A DNA stretch of 64,000 bases from Eledone cirrhosa (lineage: Eukaryota), in the NCBI GenBank assembly GCA_964016885.1, contig OZ024761.1, positions 30,318,001-30,382,000 on the forward strand, written 5' to 3'. Positions 1 to 13,036 of the stretch are shown piece after piece; within the stretch, counting starts at the first letter, position 1; the number at the start of each line of letters is the position of its first letter. Below the pieces are notes generated by a model. It saw only the letters and a program-made list of their open reading frames with translations, was not told the origin of the DNA and did not search any database. The translations under genes and the position numbers were made by a program.

Positions 1-13
1 TCCGGAGTAGTGT

Positions 14-330
14 AAAATAAAGTTAAATGATTAAAATTTAGCTTCGTTTATTACTGCTATATATATTTCAGTGACAGCCATCTTTGGCTGTGACCTCTTC
101 AGGCAGTTTGAATTAGTATGGTATAGACAAGTACATATGTTGTTTAGGTGTATGATATTGTCAATACTCTGATATGCCCAGTTCCTTGTTGGGTTGTTAA
201 TTCACTGGGGAACTGGAGTCATATATATAGCAGTAATAAACGAAGTCATATATATAGCAGTAATAAACTGAAATATATATAGCAGTAATAAACGAAGCTA
301 AATTTTAATCATTTGACTTTTATTTAACTT

Positions 331-334
<4 letters not shown>
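14..334. mobile_element. Fold-back HHR-bearing element (Penelope-like pLTR remnant)
   Basis: 14-71 is inverted-repeated at 268-330, with micro-duplications at 219-267; ends in (TA)n; contains the HHR at 54-106. Confidence 0.7.
54..106 (-). ncRNA. Type I hammerhead ribozyme motif
   Basis: Minus strand: CUGC-CUGAAGA-ggucacagcc(aaagau)ggcugucacu-GAAA-UAUAUA-UA-GCAG; stems I and II pair, core canonical, loop III palindromic. Confidence 0.85.
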
Positions 335-393
<59 letters not shown>

Positions 394-419
394 TACATAT
401 ATATATATGTGTGTGTGTG

Positions 420-900
420 TGTGTAAGAGATAGTGTTTGTGTATATGTATATGGGTGTGTGTGTCTACACATGTATGCATATATATGTATGTGTCTGCGT
501 GTGTGTGTGTGTGTATGTGTATTTATATGTGTGTATGTGGGTATATATTCGCGAGTGTGAGCAGACTTGTGAGATACCAAACCCAGCATGAGCCCATTGA
601 AGTGTGTCGGACGGAGAGGTGCTGATGACCAGTGTGGCAGCAAATATTGACCTGAATTTATGATGACGTAGAAAAACAACAGCCAATGGCAAGACAAGAG
701 TGGAAGATGTTTTTTGAAGGTGTTTATTGAAGCTAACACCCCAGTGAGAAAATTTGCTCCGAAAGCATTGCATGTGTCCGAAGAACCCGCAGTTATAGAA
801 TCAGGCAGATCCATACAATGATCATGTCTCGAGCTATCTGCCGGCGAAACAATTGTAACACGCAATAAACTGAGTCTAGATGCATCACTGATTTTTCGTT
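420..900 (+). mobile_element. Family A HHR element, single arm
   Basis: Diverged copy of ~52840-53310; ends GATTTTTC(GT..) then (TA)n. Confidence 0.75.
774..861 (+). ncRNA. HHR variant (U4C core, ~60-nt stem II)
   Basis: GUGU-CCGAAGA-acccgcag...cugccggc-GAAA-CAAUUG-UA-ACAC, followed by AAUAAA. Confidence 0.65.
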
Positions 901-905
901 TTTTT

Positions 906-939
<34 letters not shown>

Positions 940-942
<3 letters not shown>

Positions 943-1304
943 TAGCGTGTGTGTGTCTGTCTGTGTACAAATACTAGGCTCCTTTTAACTTTTGAAGTAC
1001 TAGGCCGATTTCAACCAAATTTGGCACACGTATTGCTTATATGCCAGAGCAGGTTTTGAACAAAATATTGGGGTCGAAAAATCGATTTTGTGTGTGTATC
1101 TGTCTGTGTACAAATACTAAGCTCCTTTTAACTTTTGAAGTACTAGGCCTATTTGGCACGTGCTACTGAGGCGACCTCTCATTGGCTAGCCAATTAGCTG
1201 ACATAAGCTGACATGCATTCAGAAATTACTAGCTAAGCCATAAACGACCTTGAACAATTCAAGCTGTCATTCATTTCCCGAGCAACGCCGGGTACATCTG
1301 CTAA
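940..1304 (+). mobile_element. Non-autonomous Helitron-like element
   Basis: 5' (TG)n/TCTG microsatellite, CCGATTTCAACCAAATTTGGCACAC motif, internal duplication (~950-1030 vs ~1090-1160), 3' hairpin CCCGAGCAACGCCGGG then CTAA. Confidence 0.7.
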
Positions 1305-1654
1305 TATATATATATATATATACTAGCCATAAAAACGCTGGGCTTTATAATAACAAATATATAATTTAATAATTCCTTGTTTACACCATTCTATGTAAAG
1401 TAGCTTGAATCCTCGATTTTCCTCGACCCTCTTGTCTTTCGGTATTACGGTCGCCGTATTTCAGTTTACAATATATATCATTTGAATTAATTATAATAAT
1501 TTATTTTATTCCTTGTTTTCATTAATCATCATGAATTATATATACCCACTAAATTTCGATGACTTTGTTCTATCTGACTATCTATCTATCGATCGATCGA
1601 TCGATCGGTGGATAAATCTATCGATCTATCTATATTCGGGTTGCAGTCATAACT

Positions 1655-2945
1655 CTATCAACAACCCCGACAGCAACATCACCAACACAAATAACAACAC
1701 TATCACCACCACTTCCAACACCAACAACAACTCTAATAACACCATCATCAAACCATTACCTCCAACAACACCAACACCAATAACAACAACACCACCACCA
1801 ACAACAACACCACCACCAACAACAACACCAACAACAACAATACCAACATCACCATCGACACCACCAATACCAACAACACAAACATCTCAACCAACAACAT
1901 CACCAAGAACACCAACACCACCAACAACATCAACACCGCCAAAACAACACCAACAACAACACAAACATCTCAACCAACAATATCAACACCAACAAGAACA
2001 ACAACACTTCCAAATCAACACCACCAACAACAACAACCATCACTACCTACCAACACCAACAACAACTCTAATAACACCATCATCAAACCATTACCTCCAA
2101 CAACACCAACAACAACACCACAACCACCACCACCAACAACAACACCACCAACAACAACAACACCACCACCACCACCACAACTACCAATAACAACACCACC
2201 ACCAACCACACCACCACCATTAACAACACCACCACCATTAACAACACCACCACCACCACCAACACCACAACCATCACCACCTAACACCAGCAACATCAAC
2301 ACTACAGCCACTACCACCACCAACACCATAACCACCACCAATAACACCACCACTACCAACAACACCAACACCACAACCACCACCAACAACACCACCACAA
2401 CCACCACCACCTAACACCACCAACACCACAACCACAACCACAACCACCACCACCACCACCAACACCACCAACACCAACACCACAACCACCACCAACAACA
2501 CCACCACAACCACCACCACCTAACACCACCAACACCACAACCACAACCACAACCACCACCACCACCAACACCACCAACACCAACACCACAACCACCACCA
2601 ACAACACCACCACAACCACCACCACCTAATACCACCAACACCACAACCACAACCACCACCACCAACAACACCACCACCAACAACACCACTACAACCACCA
2701 CCACCTAATACCACCAACACCACAACCACCACCACCAACAACACCACCACCAACAACACCACCACAACCACCACCACCACCACCACCACCACCAACACAA
2801 CCACCACCAACACCACAACCATCATCACCACCACCTCCACCACCAACACCACCACCACCAACACCACCACCACCACCACCACCAACACCACAACCACCAC
2901 CACCACAACCATCACCACCACCACCACCACCACCACCACCACCAA
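1655..2945 (+). repeat. (ACC/AAC)n cryptic trinucleotide repeat
   Basis: Low-complexity ACC/AAC with larger-scale internal duplications. Confidence 0.95.
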
Positions 2946-3290
2946 CAGTGAAGTATTTGGAGCAACCTTGAAGAGGAAGATAGCGGCAGTTATTTTGAGT
3001 TTAATGAATGACTTGGAAATCGGCAGTATGTCGGTTATCACACAACACTTTCGATTCTCTCTCTCTGTCTCTGTCTGTCTCTCTCTCTGTCTATCTGTCT
3101 CTCTCTCTGTCTATCTGTCTGTGTGTGTGTGTGTGTGTGTGCACACACGCACATACATATATATACACACATACATACTCACATATCTATATATATATAT
3201 ATACAAAATATACACACACATATATATATACAAAACATACACACACACATATATATACAAAATACACGCACACACACACACACACAAAAT

Positions 3291-3363
<73 letters not shown>

Positions 3364-3542
3364 AAATATACATATATATATATACAAAATATACATAGAT
3401 ATATACAACATATATATACGTATATAGACACATATACAACATATATATATATATACATAAATATATATATACACACAATATACATAAATATATATATATA
3501 CATATATATCTAAACATATATAAACAACATATATATATATAT

Positions 3543-3812
3543 GTAGAAGTTCTATTTAAATAGTTGGGATACAACAATCAAATATTTTTATAACTGATAT
3601 AAAGCACTCAACAAATTCTTGGAGTAAAAATACGGGAGCTTCCAACAGAAATGGTCGCATCCTTTAAGGGTATGTCAATATTTATTTATAAAACTGTTCT
3701 ATATTATATTTTATCTATTGAAAGCACACCATAATTTAACTTGGTGTCCTTGAAATATGTATAATGAAATAAATATGGTTTTATAAATATAGTTTCCATT
3801 TGTTAATATATC
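3543..3812. mobile_element. Family B element: inverted tail joined to an arm with decayed HHR (3708-3770, core CUAUUGA)
   Basis: 3543-3635 is the reverse complement of the tail at ~53913-54005; the remainder matches the family B arm; (TA)n on both sides. Confidence 0.8.
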
Positions 3813-3833
3813 ATATATATATATATATATATA

Positions 3834-4104
3834 TGTAGGAGGTGAGTTTTATTGTAGTACAATAAAGCAATGCAGATATCGAATAAGAAGCACTCTACAG
3901 TTTGTAGGACTGGAGTATACATAATATATAAGAACAAAAGATGGTTAAATGTTGATTTAAAACTGCACTATCCACAAGTGTTTTTTAACCTTCATGTCTT
4001 CCTGTTTTATCTGATGAAAACACAAATATTATTGCATGATGATATTTGTTTTTTGAAATGCGCATAATAAAATACATGGAACTCTTTTAACCATCTTTTG
4101 ATCT

Positions 4105-4110
<6 letters not shown>
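3834..4110. mobile_element. Fold-back HHR element
   Basis: 3923-3949 inverted at 4086-4110; (TA)n flanks; HHR at 4003-4074. Confidence 0.7.
4003..4074 (+). ncRNA. Type I hammerhead ribozyme motif
   Basis: UGUUUUAU-CUGAUGA-[acaaauauu/gauauuugu hairpin]-GAAA-UGCGCA-UA-AUAAAAUA. Confidence 0.85.
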
Positions 4111-4148
<38 letters not shown>

Positions 4149-4164
4149 CCATATACATACATAC

Positions 4165-4201
<37 letters not shown>

Positions 4202-4380
4202 TAATACATTAACAGAGAAAGCTTTAAGCGATACTCTGACCAACTCCATCTCACTCAACAAACAGGATATACCTGAGTATAATCCCAATTATGTGTTTGG
4301 GGTGCTAACTATATAGTATTCCGTGGATAATTGGTTGTATTATTTTATATGAGACATAATTAAATAAATCTCTTATATAT

Positions 4381-4430
4381 ATAAGTTAGACATGGCCTGG
4401 GCCAATACTGGCCGAAACCTATCAAAGTTA
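4381..4430 (+). mobile_element. Extreme 3' tip of the CR1/L2-like LINE seen at 50757-51177
   Basis: AAGTTAGACATGG...CCGAAACCTATCAAAGTTAT matches the reverse complement of ~50757-50806. Confidence 0.65.
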
Positions 4431-4743
4431 TATATATATATATATACATACATACATACACACATACAGGCGTGACACCCATTTACATATATATCTATAT
4501 ACACACACTTACACATATATAAACACACACACACACACACACACATAAATACACACATACATATAAATACACATGCACACATATGCACATATATATATAT
4601 ATATATATATACATATAATAAATATATATATATACTCACCACCACTACAACCACTAGCAACACCAGCATCATGTCCTGTACGAGCAGTTAGCTTTTAATT
4701 GGTATTAATTTACATATGAAATGAAACATACCTTTATCTTTAA

Positions 4744-5140
4744 GGTGGTGGTGGTGGTGTTATGGTTTGGTGGATGTGGTGGTGGTGGTGGTGTGTTCTG
4801 GTGGATGTCGTGGTGGTGGTGGTGGTATGGTTTGATAGTGGTGGTGTGGTATGGGATGTGATGGTCGTGGCGCCGGTTGTGGTGGTGTGGTATGGTGGTG
4901 GTGGTGGTGATGATGATGATGGATGTGGTGATGGTGGTGGTGAGGGTTAATGTGGTGGTGGGTATGGTGGATGTCGTGGTGGTGGTGGTATGGTTTGGTA
5001 GTGGTGGTGTGGTATGGGATGTGATGGTCGTGGCGCCGGTTGTGGTGGTGTGGTATGGTGGTGGTGATGATGATGGATGTGGTGATGGTGGTGGTGAGGG
5101 TTAATGTGGTGGTGGGGATGGTGGTCGTGTAGTATGATGG
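4744..5140. repeat. (GGT)n repeat with ~165-bp internal duplication
   Basis: ~4800-4960 repeated at ~4965-5115. Confidence 0.9.
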
Positions 5141-5189
5141 TGTTAGAAATAGGTTGTACCAGTAATTCCAGTGGGAAAAAAAAAAAACT

Positions 5190-5400
5190 TGTGATGAAGA
5201 GCGTCTGGAGGATTGAACCTGTAAATCCAAATGTTCCATATTGTGTCATGCTAATTCAACCTGGCAATTACGGCAAGGCTACACGTGTCTGTCGAATACT
5301 CAACCACTTACAAGTTCATTCAGGAGTCGGACGTTCAGTTGATCGAACAACTGAATGGTAATCGTCGACATTGACGGAGGATCCATCGCAGAGTCAGAAC
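5190..5400 (+). mobile_element. SINE 3' fragment
   Basis: TACACGTGTCTGTCGAATACTCAACCACTTACAAGTT resembles the reverse complement of 55820-55860. Confidence 0.55.
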
Positions 5401-5498
5401 ATGCGTCCTTGACGGCTTTTACGTGAGGGACTTGTGAAGGTTTCAATTTTGCTTAACTAATTACATACAATTGTATGCAATTGTATACATGTGTATGT

Positions 5499-5534
<36 letters not shown>

Positions 5535-5744
5535 GCATATACACACACATATATATATATGCATGTACACATATATATACATATATGTGCATATACAAAT
5601 GTATATATATATATATACATATATATGTATATACACATATATATATATATATACACACATATATATATATATACATATCTGTACATATATATGTATATAC
5701 ACATATATATATACATATATTTGTATATACACATATATATACGT

Positions 5745-5819
<75 letters not shown>

Positions 5820-5842
5820 TATACATATATATATATACAGAA

Positions 5843-5875
<33 letters not shown>

Positions 5876-5890
5876 CATATATATAATTCT

Positions 5891-5951
<61 letters not shown>

Positions 5952-6131
5952 ATTAAAAGGTCGGTTTACATTTATGCTTACTTTTAATTTTTAATTTGTA
6001 TAATTACGTTTTCTCAAATGTGCAATTAGAATTTTCTTCGCGTATTTAATAAAATGTTCTTTATCGTCCGCCATATTAAGTTACACGGATTCAATGTTGT
6101 CTTGAAATATATGAAAATAAAGAATACCCAC

Positions 6132-6170
<39 letters not shown>

Positions 6171-6253
6171 ATGTATGTATGTATGTATGTATGTATGTAT
6201 GTATGTATGTATGTGCGTGTGTGTGACTAGGTATGTATGTATGTATGTACGTG

Positions 6254-6286
<33 letters not shown>

Positions 6287-6797
6287 GCGTGTGTGTGAGT
6301 AGGTGTATGTGTGTGTGTATATATTTATGTTTGCATGTGTGTATGCATGAGTGTATGTATATATATATATGTATGCATATATATATATACATACACTCAT
6401 GCATACACACATGCTTACATACATATATATACACACATACACACACACACGTATGTATGTATGCATGAGTATATATGTATATATATGTATGTATGTATAT
6501 GTATGTATGAGTATATATGTGTATGTACATGTGATTATGTGTGTGTGTATGTATGTATGTGTGGACGTATGTGTATATGTACGTATGCATGTATGTATGT
6601 ATGAATATGTGTGTATGTATGTGTGTACGTACGCATGTATGTATGTATTTATGTATGTGTATGTATGTATGAATATGTGTGTATGTATGTATCATAGTAG
6701 ATTCTTTGTAATAGAGCAAACATGTAAGGCTCCTTCGTTAGCTGATGCTGTGTGTATACACATATACGTACATAAATACATACATACACATAGACAT

Positions 6798-6879
<82 letters not shown>

Positions 6880-6892
6880 ATATATATATATA

Positions 6893-7170
6893 AGTTTATC
6901 CCGGGTTCAATCGGGGGTAACCGCACTAAGTAAGGTACTCAAAACATAGCAGAGTATAAATATTTAATATAGAAATGGCTTCTACAAGACTAGAACTGTT
7001 TCATTCGGGAGAAATCATGAGGAAGCCGACTGACCATCCCAATCACCACCCTCTCCTACGACCAGAAAAGATATAAATACCACCATATTACTTGGACAAT
7101 CGGCTTCCTCGTGATTTCTCCCGAACGAAACAGTTCTAGTCCTGTAGAAGATATTTCTATATTAAATATA
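6893..7170. mobile_element. Family D fold-back element (decayed HHR cores)
   Basis: ~6958-7030 inverted at ~7098-7168; extra tail on the left arm; same family at 27980, 54095 and 60200. Confidence 0.8.
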
Positions 7171-7379
7171 TATATATATATATATATATATAATGAAATG
7201 ACAGGAGGCTGGATTTGTGTAAATCCTTGAAAGGTTTATTATACTATACGTAATAGCACCACCAACTACAAAAACAAAGACGGTTGAACTGCTTTACGTT
7301 GAGTACTCTCTATATTATTGCATTACGATTGACCATACGGAATAGACCAGCTCTATACAGTGGTGAACCTCAAACCTGA

Positions 7380-7427
<48 letters not shown>

Positions 7428-7431
<4 letters not shown>

Positions 7432-7710
7432 AAAAGTATGACCCCGACGACTAGCCATCGAAACGGCTTGAGCTCTGCCGTCGGGGTCATACTTTTTCCT
7501 ATTTCCCACTTTACTACCCTAAGTATTGACTACTCTTGTGCGTTATGGTCCATCTGGTTCCTTACCACAATTCCTTTGTTATATATAAGGAACAAGGTGG
7601 ACCATAACGCACCAAAGTACTCGATACTGAGAGTAGTAGAGTGGGTAATAGACCTAGACCTAGCTGTCGAAACGGCCGGAGCTCAGCTGTCGGGGTCCTG
7701 ACTGTTTTCC
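7428..7710. mobile_element. Two adjacent family C two-arm elements (7428-7580, 7586-7710)
   Basis: GCCGTCGAAACGGC-GAGCTC-GTCGGGGTC family; separated and flanked by (TA)n. Confidence 0.8.
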
Positions 7711-7741
<31 letters not shown>

Positions 7742-7776
7742 GTTACAATAATCAAAGTTCAGTTTAAGTCATTTAT

Positions 7777-7825
7777 TTGCTTACAATTGTTTCCTCCAAA
7801 CCGAGGTTTGGATTCTTCGGAGCAA
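7777..7825 (-). ncRNA. Type I HHR (U4C core)
   Basis: UUGCU-CCGAAGA-a-uccaaac(cucg)guuugga-g-GAAA-CAAUUG-UA-AGCAA, with overlapping AAUAAA. Confidence 0.8.
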
Positions 7826-8045
7826 CTATTTACTGATCTATAACATACTTGACCGCCTTTTCAACCCAAGAGACATATAAAACACATGCGCATATTGATC
7901 AACAGTGGGGTATATATATATATATATATATGGGATAACAAGTTATCGTTATAGGTGATCCACTTAGAGGTAGTCCAGTTAGAGTAATCCGTGTTGTGGA
8001 TGGTATTAACGTGCGGCTTGGTTTGACTCAACAAGACACTTCCAT

Positions 8046-8170
8046 AGTGATGCAGCGAGTTCGCGGTAATTTCTATGCAGGTTATACTACGTATTGGAGA
8101 TCGATTGACGCAGCATCAAGCGATTAGCGAACTCTAGACGCACCAGATCAACGAAACAATTGTCAGCACT
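8046..8170 (+). ncRNA. Decayed large-stem-II HHR
   Basis: AGUGAU/AGCACU stem I, GUU..AAC closing stem II, GAAA-CAAUUG-UC; 5' core degenerate (GCAGCGA). Confidence 0.4.
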
Positions 8171-8231
8171 TTAAATAAAGCGCTTATTGTACAGTCAACC
8201 ATGTTACTCTTCTTTCTTTAACTATTTTAAC

Positions 8232-8275
<44 letters not shown>

Positions 8276-8307
8276 TATCAGATATCTATCTAAAAATAAA
8301 GAAAGGT

Positions 8308-8362
<55 letters not shown>

Positions 8363-8383
8363 TAGATATCAATCTAAAAATAA

Positions 8384-8422
<39 letters not shown>

Positions 8423-9211
8423 TAGATATCTATCTAAAAATAAAGAAAGGTATATATATATAAATATATATATAGACATAGATAGATACATACACGCACA
8501 CGTTTTATGGCACCAGTGAAAAGCAAGTTATTTTTTTTATAACAAATAAACATGTAAAGAACTTCAAGATTCTCAAAGAACGTCTTCAGTTTCATAAACC
8601 ATTTAAACGAATGAATATTAACTCATTATACGATAGGATAGACCGTCTGTTTATTTGTGTTTCGTGTGTATGTGTGTGTTTGTGTGTGTCTGTTTGTGTT
8701 CCGTGTGTGTTTGTGTTTTATGTGTGCCTGTATCTGTGTGTCTGTGTTCCGTGTGTCTGTGTTTGTGTTTTATGCGTGCCTGTCTGTGTCTGTGTAGGTG
8801 TGTCTGTGTTTGTGTGTGCCAGTATCTGTGTAGGTCTAAGTCTGTGTCTGTGTGTGTGTAGGTGTGTCTGTGTATGAGTTTGGGCCTGTGTGTGTCTGTG
8901 TATGAATGTTGGCCTGTGTGTGTGTAGGTGTGTGTTTCGCGTGTCTGTGTATGTGTGTCTGCCAATTATACACACGCACATACATACACATACGCACACA
9001 AATATATAAATATATTCTCTTCCAGCCTTCCAACATCCGCACCCCATCCCCCCCCCCCCCTTCTCCCCCTCTCCCCCTTTCTCCCCCTCTCTCTCCCCCT
9101 CTCTCCCCCTCTCTGTCTCGATTCCTTTCATTTCTCCCACAAACGTGAGACTTTTAAAAAAATATTTCTCCGTGCATATCTTCTTTTTAAACCTTGAACT
9201 ATATATATAAT

Positions 9212-9242
<31 letters not shown>

Positions 9243-9335
9243 TGTGTGTGTATACATATACATATATACAATAAATGCAGGATGTACATTTAAGACCATC
9301 TCACTTAAATATATATACATATGCCATAAACAAGA

Positions 9336-9367
<32 letters not shown>

Positions 9368-9375
<8 letters not shown>

Positions 9376-10614
9376 TTAGTTAAGCAAAACAAGACCACAA
9401 ATTTCACAAGGAAGACATTATTAAAAGATTGTCAACATAGTTTTAGTTTGATGTAAGGAATGTAGAGAATAATAATATTAATAATAATAATGTCCGTTTA
9501 CAATTGTTTCGCTACTCCATATAATGTTTCTGGATCAAATGATTATAGATAATTATTGATCTGGTTCAGTTGAAAATAATTAACTTATGTACAATTAGAG
9601 CAGCTCATTGGAACTTCAAAAGGAAGATAAATTAAAATAAGGAAAGAATGTTACATGAATGTAATGTTCCATATATTGGTATTTCACTATGGCGTCCTGG
9701 GTATATCTATTGTCTGCCATAGTCGAGCAATATTCTTCTGTCGAGGCTGCATTGTGTGAGATCTGCCTATGGGTAACAAGATGGCCGCCAATGGACATAT
9801 TTACCTTACTAATTAGAGGGTGGTTTCAGGGGAAGTAACTCCTCGAGGAATTAGAAATTGTGGGTAGTTTATAGTTAAGAAGTGCTAATTTTTAGTTAAG
9901 AAGTGCTAATTTTTTAACTATAAACTACCCACAATTTCTAATTTCTCGAGGAGTTACTTCCCCTGAAACCACCCTCTAATTAGTAAGGTAAATATATCCA
10001 TTGGCGGCCATCTTGTTACCCATAGCCAGATCTCACACAATGCAGCCTCGACAGAAGAATACTGCTCGACTATGGCAGACAATAGATATACCCAGGACGC
10101 CATAGTGAAATACCAATATATGGAACATTACATTCATGTAACATTCTTTCCTTATTTTAATTTATCTTCCTTTTGAAGTTCCAATGAGCTGCTCTAATTG
10201 TACCTAAGTTAATTATTTTCAACTGAACCAGATCAATAATTATCTATAATCATTTGATCCAGAAACATTATATGGAGTAGCGAAACAATTGGAAACGGAC
10301 ATTATTATTATTAATATTATTATTATTATTCTCTACATTCCTTACATCAAACTAAAACTATGTTGACAATCTTTTAATAATGTCTTCCTTGTGAAATTTG
10401 TGGTCTTGTTTTGCTTAACTAATGAATATTTCCAGCTCTGTGCTCCTAACCTCTGCATGAACCCAGCCACCTAGCTGCCTTCCACTGCATATTGCACATT
10501 GAGCACATGCCTTTACGCTTTGGCTTCTAACTAATTCACCAATTTCTCTTCTCCTTTCTTATCTCCTTTCCTATCTCCATCTCTCTCTTTAAGATTGGTT
10601 ACTCTTGAACTGTT

Positions 10615-10616
<2 letters not shown>
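9368..10616. mobile_element. Family H: ~510-bp-arm palindrome plus ~190-nt tail; HHR-like motifs at 9496-9614 (-) and 10178-10296 (+)
   Basis: 9368-9878 is a near-perfect inverted repeat of 9914-10428; tail 10429-10616 matches the reverse complement of ~60675-60840. Confidence 0.9.
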
Positions 10617-10650
<34 letters not shown>

Positions 10651-10690
10651 GATATTAAATAAATGGAAACTATATTTATAAAACCATATT

Positions 10691-10754
10691 TATTTTATTA
10701 TATATATTTCAAGAGTACCAAGACAATATTGGTACGCTTTCATCAGATAAAATA
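10691..10754 (-). ncRNA. Type I HHR (mirror copy)
   Basis: UAUUUUAU-CUGAUGA-aagcguaccaa..uugguacucuu-GAAA-UAUAUA-UA-AUAAAAUA. Confidence 0.85.
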
Positions 10755-10872
10755 CAAAGTTTGTTTTATAAATAGAGACATACCCATGAAAATCATACCT
10801 TATCGGTTGTGAATTTCCAACCAATAAGGTATGATTTTCATGGGTACGTCTCAATTTATAAAACAAACTTCG

Positions 10873-10936
10873 TATTTTATCTGATGAAAGCGTACCAATG
10901 TTGTCTTGGTACCCTTGAAATATATATAATAAAATA
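10873..10936 (+). ncRNA. Type I HHR
   Basis: 8-bp stem I UAUUUUAU/AUAAAAUA, CUGAUGA, guaccaa/uugguac stem II, GAAA-UAUAUA-UA. Confidence 0.88.
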
Positions 10937-11069
10937 AATATGGTTTTATAAATATAGTTTCCATTTATTTAATATCATTGAATATTTACTCCAGTTAACT
11001 GTTGAGTGCTCTAAATCAGTTATACACATTTATATTTGTCGGACTTCCAACAAATTAAATACCCTTCTA

Positions 11070-11112
<43 letters not shown>

Positions 11113-11401
11113 GTTTGTGTGTGTATGTCTGTGTGAATGTGTGTGTGTATACATATATACAATAAATGCAGGATGTTTATTTAAAACCATCTCACTTCTT
11201 AAAGATATTTACATATGTCATAAACAAGATGTATATATATATAAATGTTTGTGCGTGTATGATTGTGTGTGTACAATTAAAAGGAAGAAGAAAATGTTTC
11301 TAAAAGATACAGAAAAAAAGGAGAAAGCAAGAAAAAAAATGGTGGATATTTAAGTCGTTGATTCTTTTTGTTTTATTTATTTTAAATCTTAAATTTCACT
11401 A

Positions 11402-11450
11402 TTGCCACAATGGCGTCGTAGTGTAAACTACACTGTTCTCTTTCGCCTCA

Positions 11451-11512
<62 letters not shown>

Positions 11513-11643
11513 CGCTACCTCTCCTCCTCTCTCTCTCCCTCTCCCTCCCTCTCTCTCTCGTTCACTATCTCTCTCTATCTAGCTATCTCTCCCCCTCGTT
11601 CTCTCTCCCTCTCGTTCTCTCTCCCTCTCTCTCTTTCTGCCTC

Positions 11644-11677
<34 letters not shown>

Positions 11678-11730
11678 GCTCTCTCTCTCATCCCTCTAAC
11701 TCCCTCTCTCGCTCTTCCTCCTACTCTCTC
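11402..11730 (+). repeat. (CT)n-rich polypyrimidine tract
   Basis: Direct reading. Confidence 0.9.
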
Positions 11731-11744
11731 TAATAAAAGAAGAA

Positions 11745-11960
11745 ATAATTGTTTCTACTTTTGACACAATGCCAGCAATTTGAAAGGAAGAATAAAGTCG
11801 ATTAAATCGTCCCTTGTGCATTACTGGTACTTTATTTTACCGACTCACACAAGGACGAAAGGCAAAGCTAAGTTTGGCTGGATTTGAAACTCAGGAAGTA
11901 AAGGACCCTAAGTATATACCACAAAGCATATTATCCAACACTCTACTGATCACTGCCAAC
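11745..11960 (-). mobile_element. tRNA-headed SINE (family B-SINE), diverged
   Basis: Reverse complement of the recurrent GAGTTCAAATCCCGCCGAGG..TTTGCCTTTCATCC..GTCGATAAAATAAAGTACCAG unit. Confidence 0.8.
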
Positions 11961-12129
11961 GATAAAGGAAGAAATTGTGTTTTCTGATTTAGACACAAGG
12001 CTAACAATTTTGAGGGAGAGAAAAGTCGTTTAAATTAACCCCAATGCGTTACTGGTACTTTATTTAATCGACCCACATAAAGCTAACCTCGACAGGATTT
12101 GAAACTCAGAAAGTAAAGAACCGTTACTA

Positions 12130-12475
12130 TCGTATTTCCCGGCGTCGAAGACGCTACTTTTTCCCCAAAATAAGTCTCAAAATTCTACCATGCGTCCTGG
12201 AGGCCGAAGGTTGTTTATTATATCGGACGGCATGAGTTATGGCCCTTTATGATCTGAATTCAAATCCCGCCGAGGTTAATTTTGCCTTTCATCCTTACGG
12301 AGTCGATGAAATTAAGTACCAGTAATGCACTGGGTCGATTTAATCAACTTTCCCCTCCCCCCAAACTGCTGGCCTTGTGCCTATGTAAGAAACCATTATT
12401 TTTATTCAAATTTTTGGTTCTCCAAATTAAGGTGCGTCCTCGAGGACGAAGCGTCTTCGGTGCCGGGAAATAAGG
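12130..12475. mobile_element. Tc1/mariner (Tc2-like) MITE
   Basis: Imperfect TIRs TCGTATTTCCCGGCGTCGAAGACGC / GCGTCTTCGGTGCCGGGAAATAAGG; TA at 12128-12129 and 12476-12477. Confidence 0.75.
12222..12400 (+). mobile_element. B-SINE nested in the MITE
   Basis: Same SINE core; ATTATT tail. Confidence 0.8.
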
Positions 12476-13036
12476 TATATTTCGCAAAGCATATTGTCCC
12501 ACGATACTCTACCGATTACTGCTAAATCCACCATCGATTTCTCTTTCTTTTTTTTATTTATTTATTTATTATTTTTTTTTGCCTAAAAGATTTCGTAGCG
12601 ATAGAGGAAGAAGAAAAAACAAACAAGATTCGAAAAACACAGCTCAAAGAAACTGAAGTGAGAAACCTCTACACGTAAATGTAGGAAATTAGTAAAACAA
12701 CAAACAGACAGAACAGAGACCGTGCTGAATAAATAGATTGATATGTAAATAGAACATTGGATATCAATTAGAAATGAGAGAGAAAAACACACAGCAACAT
12801 ATTTGTGGAGAAAAAAAAACTGTAATGCGAGTACGTTTCAAGGTTCACGTATGTATGTAAGTGAACGCGAGATGCACGCCAGCACACATGCGCATGCGCC
12901 AAGTTGATACCGCCATCAACATGCACCAGAGAGAAAAGACGGATTTGTATATACATGCATATATGTTAAGTATTTCCGTGTAAAAGGTAAAGGAAAGAAG
13001 AGTGCTCTATGTATAGTACAGAGCTATATTAAAGAT

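Larger units (their letters stand above)
10643..11071. mobile_element. Family B palindromic element with tail
   Basis: 10643-10810 inverted at 10818-10985; tail to 11071; (TA)n flanks. Confidence 0.9.
11975..12537 (-). mobile_element. B-SINE interrupted by a MITE
   Basis: Halves 11975-12129 and 12478-12537 rejoin colinearly. Confidence 0.75.

Noticed and set aside
2945-3060. Unique island that could be an exon
   Set aside because: No recognisable product and no convincing splice-site pair
5187-5361. Peptide VMLIQPGNYGKAT resembling a short-chain dehydrogenase motif
   Set aside because: The DNA matches the SINE body seen at 55820-55860; no other SDR motifs
9368-11071. Palindromes as classical TIR MITEs or miRNA hairpins
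   Set aside because: Arms are asymmetric, inner junctions vary between copies, single-arm copies exist, and they carry HHR motifs
12860-12925. NRF1-like TGCGCATGCGC; also CRE TGACGTCA at 29459-29466 and YY1-like GCCATCTT sites
   Set aside because: Short isolated motifs with no linked gene; insufficient to call promoters
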